Shown here piece by piece: positions 59,733 through 64,000 of a stretch of 64,000 bases of DNA. The notes beneath the pieces are model-generated. The model made no database searches. It was not told the origin of the DNA and saw only the letters and a list, made by a program, of their open reading frames with translations. Each line of letters opens with the position of its first letter. Position 1 is the first letter of the stretch. The DNA comes from Clostridia bacterium (lineage in GTDB: Bacteria; Bacillota; Clostridia; Christensenellales; Aristaeellaceae): assembly GCA_045640475.1 (NCBI GenBank), contig JAZUFB010000054.1, positions 7,067 to 71,066 on the forward strand, in the 5' to 3' direction. A program made the position numbers and the translations under genes.

Positions 59733-60107
59733 TTATATAATAAATATGACAGAAAGCACGATCATGAATGCCCCTGTTCCCAAAAACAATGGATAATCCC
59801 GTTTTTTCTTTTCTTTCTCTTTGACCAGCAATTCTTCCGTATCCTGTTTTGCGGTTTTCTGTCTTCCTCTGAACAGTTGATGAAACACACGAAAGCTATG
59901 AAACGCAAAAGTAAACGTGTGCATATCATTCAAAAGGCTGATCAAACCGGCGGCAAACATCACGCTACCTATCGTAAAAAAGAGGTCCGGTACAATGTTC
60001 TGTGATGAGGCTGTGCTATTCCGCAGGACCAGTATCCAAAGCAGTACACCTGCTGCAATACATAGGCCCATTTGGATCACACGGCGAACAATCCCGGCTT
60101 TCTTCAT
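59733..60107 (-). CDS. Small membrane protein (DUF3899-like) heading the opp operon
   Basis: Three hydrophobic segments with a basic loop; RBS GAGG before ATG 60107. Confidence 0.65.
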   Translation of the reverse strand: MKKAGIVRRVIQMGLCIAAGVLLWILVLRNSTASSQNIVPDLFFTIGSVMFAAGLISLLNDMHTFTFAFHSFRVFHQLFRGRQKTAKQDTEELLVKEKEKKKRDYPLFLGTGAFMIVLSVIFII

Positions 60108-60202
60108 GAAAAACCTCATCTGTCCCGCATTCATCATAACACATTCAAAAGCCCACCGAGTAAGATGCTATGAGCGGGAGAAAGCAAAACTAAATCAATA
60201 AT

Positions 60203-60230
60203 ATTATACTGTTTTTATATTAAGTGTCAA
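60203..60230 (-). promoter_or_regulatory. sigmaA promoter of opp-GH2 operon
   Basis: Minus strand TTGACA-16 nt-TATAAT. Confidence 0.75.
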
Positions 60231-60399
60231 GATTTGCGGTCCGACCGTCCCCCCTTAACAGATGTATCATAAACGAATTTTCATCATTTTCTCATTATTC
60301 TTTTTCCGTTTTCTCAAGCAAACTGCTTTTCAACGTGATATGATATCCATGTCGTCAGAGAGTTGACGAAAGGAATGATTTTTGAAAGGAATAATGATT

Positions 60400-61125
60400 A
60401 TGGAAAGCTATACGATTGAAGACATTGAAGTCATCCGACAGAAGAGTAACCTCAGTTATCAGGAAGCTGTCGCTTTGCTCGACTATCACAATGGCAACCT
60501 TGCTCGCGCTTTGATTGACTTGGAACGTAATGGACGCCTTACAGATGATAAAGCAACTCAAACTACCCGTTCCGCCGGAACGTCCTCAAAAGAAGGTGGA
60601 ATTCTCGGATTACTGGGACGTCTTTTCCGATTCCGTCTGAAAATTTCCAAGGGAAGCACCCCGATCGTCAATCTTTCCGTACTCTTCTGTATCCTCAGTC
60701 TGATCATCGCACCCCATCTTGCCGTAGTATCCGGTATTTTGGCTCTTCTGTTAGGTTATAATTTCGCTTTTGACAAGAATGATTCAGCTTTTGCTCAGGA
60801 AGATTTCGGTAAAATGGTCCGTAATGCCGGCGAAAATGCAAAGAATTCTGTCAATAATGTTGTTCGTTCCTTCCCTTACGGTCAGCACACCACTCAGCAA
60901 CCCAAGGAGGAAATCCAGAATACCACGCCTGACCAACCTGTTGTTTCCACACCTGAAAAGGCTGTGAACTCCTACTTTGGCGGAAATCCTGCCACGGCTC
61001 ATGGTACTGTGTTTTCTTCCTCCGGTGTTCCTACTATCCAAATTCCTGTTCAGGTGGAATCTAAAGAGGGCAACGTCAGTATTGACACAAACGAAAACGG
61101 CTACAATTCTGTCACTGTAGACTGA
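60400..61125 (+). CDS. DUF4342-like protein (UBA-like N-terminus, hydrophobic hairpin, disordered C-terminus)
   Basis: IEVIRQKSNLSYQEAVALL...GNLARALIDLE; hydrophobic aa ~95-125; ORF open from 60382. Confidence 0.65.
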   Translation: MESYTIEDIEVIRQKSNLSYQEAVALLDYHNGNLARALIDLERNGRLTDDKATQTTRSAGTSSKEGGILGLLGRLFRFRLKISKGSTPIVNLSVLFCILSLIIAPHLAVVSGILALLLGYNFAFDKNDSAFAQEDFGKMVRNAGENAKNSVNNVVRSFPYGQHTTQQPKEEIQNTTPDQPVVSTPEKAVNSYFGGNPATAHGTVFSSSGVPTIQIPVQVESKEGNVSIDTNENGYNSVTVD

Positions 61126-61140
61126 TGTTTTCAAATCATC

Positions 61141-61170
61141 TGATAAAAGGGCTTCGGCCCTTTTGTCATT
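61141..61170 (+). terminator. Intrinsic terminator
   Basis: TGATAAAAGGGC-ttcg-GCCCTTTTGTCA. Confidence 0.8.
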
Positions 61171-61219
61171 TTCAACCATGTGATATACTGTTTGTATCGT
61201 TTTTAAGGAGGACCTTTCA

Positions 61220-61915
61220 TTGCCTAAGATTCTGATTGTTGAAGATGAAAAAAAGATCGCGCGTTTTCTTGAACTGGAACTATTGCATGAAGGGTATGAT
61301 GTCGACACGGCGCATGATGGTCGAACCGGTCTTGAAAAAGCGCTCTCCGGAAATATCGATTTGTTGATTCTGGATCTGATGCTTCCGGAGCTCAGCGGGA
61401 TCGAAGTTTGTCGCCGTTTACGTCATGAATCGGATGTTCCGATCATTATGCTTACTGCCAAAGACGATGTGTCAGACAAAGTAATGGGGCTCGATATGGG
61501 TGCAGATGACTATATGACTAAGCCTTTTGCAATTGAAGAGCTTTTAGCCCGGATTCGCGTCGCGCTGAAAAAGATTCGTGCATCTTCCTCTTCTTCCGCA
61601 CAGAACCAGCATGTCAGCATTCTGTCTTCCGGTCCTGTTTCTCTGGACCTCAACAGTTGGCAAACAACGGTATGCGGTTCCTCTGTTAATCTGACCCGAA
61701 AAGAATTTGAACTCCTTAAATATCTGATTGAACACGAAAACTGTGCTGTTACCCGTGATCAGCTGATGAACGAAGTATGGGGTTATGATTATGTCGGAGA
61801 CTCCAACATCGTTGATGTATACATCCGTTACCTTCGTCATAAGATCGATGACCCGTTTGATCTGAAGACCATCCGTACGATCCGTTCAGTCGGTTATATG
61901 TTCTGCCATGAGTAA
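61220..61915 (+). CDS. OmpR-family response regulator (ArlR-like)
   Basis: VEDE, LDLMLP, LTAK, DDYMTKPF, VDVYIRYLRHKID. Confidence 0.95.
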   Translation: MPKILIVEDEKKIARFLELELLHEGYDVDTAHDGRTGLEKALSGNIDLLILDLMLPELSGIEVCRRLRHESDVPIIMLTAKDDVSDKVMGLDMGADDYMTKPFAIEELLARIRVALKKIRASSSSSAQNQHVSILSSGPVSLDLNSWQTTVCGSSVNLTRKEFELLKYLIEHENCAVTRDQLMNEVWGYDYVGDSNIVDVYIRYLRHKIDDPFDLKTIRTIRSVGYMFCHE

Positions 61916-63341
61916 GAAAGAGAACAAACAGGCGGAGCGTGAACTCCGCAATATCAATATCCTCTCTGAAACTGTTCACGGAAAAGTCAAGACTGGGGTC
62001 AGCAATATCAGGCTTTCTTTATCCCTGCGTATTGCAATGCACTACGTGATTCAACTGATCCGTAGCGTTTTACCGATTGTCGTCATTATGACGATCCTTT
62101 TCTGCATTGCCTGTTCCCTGCCAATCTCGCATGATCTCGAAAGAATATCCACCCATACGCTTGAAGATGGCCAAAGTGAATATACACGTGAGCTGACAGA
62201 TAATGCAAGATTGATTGTTTCCATTACCGACCAGCCTCCGGAAGTCGATTTTTTCCCGCGACTTTCCAGTCAGATCGATACGATCTTTTCAAAAAGCACT
62301 TTGCATGGCACAGACTCTTGGCTTTCTTTTCTGTATACCGCACCAAACGGTTCCGATCTTCTCGTCAGACTTCGCATGAATGACTATTTTTCCGCCTGGC
62401 TATGGCTTCTTGCAGGGGTTGTACTCTCTGATCTTATCCGTATGTACTTTTTTGTTCATAACAGAAATCGCCTTAATAAACGTGTTCTGGCTCCAATTCG
62501 GGATATCACCGAAATGGCTGCAACACTTTCAGAAAGCAATCTTTCCAATCGAATTAACATCGCAGGCACAAAAAACGAACTGAAAGACCTTGCACAGGTG
62601 ATCAATACCATGCTGGATCGCATCGAACACAGTTATAACAGTCAAAAGCAATTCGTTTCCGATGCCAGTCATGAGTTGAGAACACCGATTGCGGTCATCC
62701 GCGGATATACGGATATGCTCAAACGTTGGGGAAAAGAAGATCCGGAAGTCCTTGACGAAGGAATCAATGCCATTTCTCTTGAAACAGAAAGTATGAAAGA
62801 CCTTGTAGAAAATCTGCTTTTCCTCGCCCGTCACGACAAAAAGACACTCATGATGGAAATGTCCGAATTTGATCCTGCTGAGATCGTCGAGGAGGTTTCC
62901 CGTGAAGAATCCATGGTTGATCCGAGCCATACCTTTGTTGTCGATCCCCTTTCCCACATGTCATTGCACGCCGACCGAAACATGCTAAAACAGGTGATTC
63001 GGATCCTGACTGACAACGCGATCAAGTATTCCCCCACAGAAACGGAGATCCGATTGGGCGTAGAGGAAAAGGAGGGTGCTTGTTGCATTACTGTCACAGA
63101 TCACGGTCAGGGAATCGATGCTGAAGAACTGCCCAAGATTTTTGAACGCTTTTACCGTTCTGATCAGGCACGTCATTCGGAATCAGGTGGTCATGGTTTA
63201 GGACTTAGCATCGCAAGGATCATCGTCATAGCCCACCGGGGTAAGATCCGCGTAACTTCCAAACCAGGTGTCGGCACCACATTCAGTCTTTGCTTTCCCC
63301 TTGAGACCTCCAATGGAAACGAAGCGCAGGAATCGCAATAA
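61908..63341 (+). CDS. HAMP-domain sensor histidine kinase
   Basis: Two TMs, HAMP, SDASHELRTP, DNAIKYS, DHGQGI, GHGLGLSI. Confidence 0.95.
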   Translation: MSKKENKQAERELRNINILSETVHGKVKTGVSNIRLSLSLRIAMHYVIQLIRSVLPIVVIMTILFCIACSLPISHDLERISTHTLEDGQSEYTRELTDNARLIVSITDQPPEVDFFPRLSSQIDTIFSKSTLHGTDSWLSFLYTAPNGSDLLVRLRMNDYFSAWLWLLAGVVLSDLIRMYFFVHNRNRLNKRVLAPIRDITEMAATLSESNLSNRINIAGTKNELKDLAQVINTMLDRIEHSYNSQKQFVSDASHELRTPIAVIRGYTDMLKRWGKEDPEVLDEGINAISLETESMKDLVENLLFLARHDKKTLMMEMSEFDPAEIVEEVSREESMVDPSHTFVVDPLSHMSLHADRNMLKQVIRILTDNAIKYSPTETEIRLGVEEKEGACCITVTDHGQGIDAEELPKIFERFYRSDQARHSESGGHGLGLSIARIIVIAHRGKIRVTSKPGVGTTFSLCFPLETSNGNEAQESQ

Positions 63342-63348
63342 CAATAAC

Positions 63349-63383
63349 AACCGGCCGTGATGCTCAACCATCCGGCCGGTTTT
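63349..63383. terminator. Bidirectional terminator
   Basis: AACCGGCCG...CGGCCGGTTTT between convergent genes. Confidence 0.7.
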
Positions 63384-63386
63384 CAA

Positions 63387-64000
63387 TTATGGCAGATATC
63401 GCAGCAGATCGCTGAATTTGTCCAAGATCACATCCGCACTTTTACGGATCTGTTTTTGTTCTTTGTGCGACCATTTCACCAAGTGGCGCACACAGACCGT
63501 GTGCATCCCCTGTTCTTTCGCTCCGGTGTGTTCGTTACTGCCACCGTCACCAACAAATACAGCCTCGTTTGCGTTTACACCAAGATGCTGTAAACTCATT
63601 TGGTAGATTTCCGGCGACGGTTTCAGCAATCCAGCATCACAGGAAAAGACGATATCATCAAAGTATGGATTCAAAGGTGACTCGTTCCAATGCATTTTAT
63701 CATATATGTCCGCGTTAGAAATCAGGCCGATCTTGTATCCTCTTTCTTTCAGTTTTTTAACCGTGTCCAGAATATCTGGGCGGATCTCTGTTACGGCAAT
63801 CCTCATACGGTTTTCTTTAGCTAGACGTACCTTCTCTATTTGTGCATCACTAACTGGAAATGGCAGATTTGCGCAAGCGCGACGGATCATTTCCAGATCA
63901 TCTTTGATAATGCCAAGACCGCGTTCTGAGGCAAGCGGTTCGCTCCAATTGGCATGATTCCATTCATCAGGTGAGATTCCCAGCGGTTCGCTTTCTGTTC
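63387..64000 (-). CDS. HAD-IA family hydrolase (5' end beyond window)
   Basis: Frame open to window edge; LISNAD, KPSPEIY, FVGDG. Confidence 0.85.
   Translation of the reverse strand, partial: TESEPLGISPDEWNHANWSEPLASERGLGIIKDDLEMIRRACANLPFPVSDAQIEKVRLAKENRMRIAVTEIRPDILDTVKKLKERGYKIGLISNADIYDKMHWNESPLNPYFDDIVFSCDAGLLKPSPEIYQMSLQHLGVNANEAVFVGDGGSNEHTGAKEQGMHTVCVRHLVKWSHKEQKQIRKSADVILDKFSDLLRYLP

Noticed and set aside
48433-60230. Integrative element built around the tyrosine recombinase
   Set aside because: No att repeats, tRNA target, relaxase, excisionase or phage genes seen; the protein resembles chromosomal Xer recombinases
1-64000. CRISPR array, rRNA, IS elements, defence systems
   Set aside because: No regularly spaced repeats, rRNA signatures, transposase, cas or restriction-modification motifs seen by eye

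Overview
A 64-kb, mostly housekeeping chromosomal segment of a Clostridia-type (Bacillota) anaerobe, judged from sigH, T-box riboswitches, the glgCDA, mrnC-thyX-rlmB-rae1-sigH and phoH-pgpH-ybeY-cdd-era clusters, and a clostridial 2[4Fe-4S] ferredoxin. It holds about 55 CDS, one tRNA-Lys(CTT) and two T-box leaders. I saw no CRISPR array, prophage or transposase. The most notable items are: (1) a T-box with a probable Leu (CUG) specifier controlling an 843-aa fusion of a metal-site-intact xylose-isomerase-like TIM barrel and an acyl-CoA ligase, suggesting amino-acid synthesis from branched-chain fatty acids; (2) an MreB paralogue whose catalytic Glu and phosphate-2 loop are substituted (pseudo-ATPase); (3) an Opp-type ABC operon ending in a cytoplasmic GH2 glycosidase; (4) a YbeY-cytidine deaminase fusion; (5) a 58-aa 8-Cys protein missing from the ORF track. 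All calls come from motif reading only; no database searches were run.
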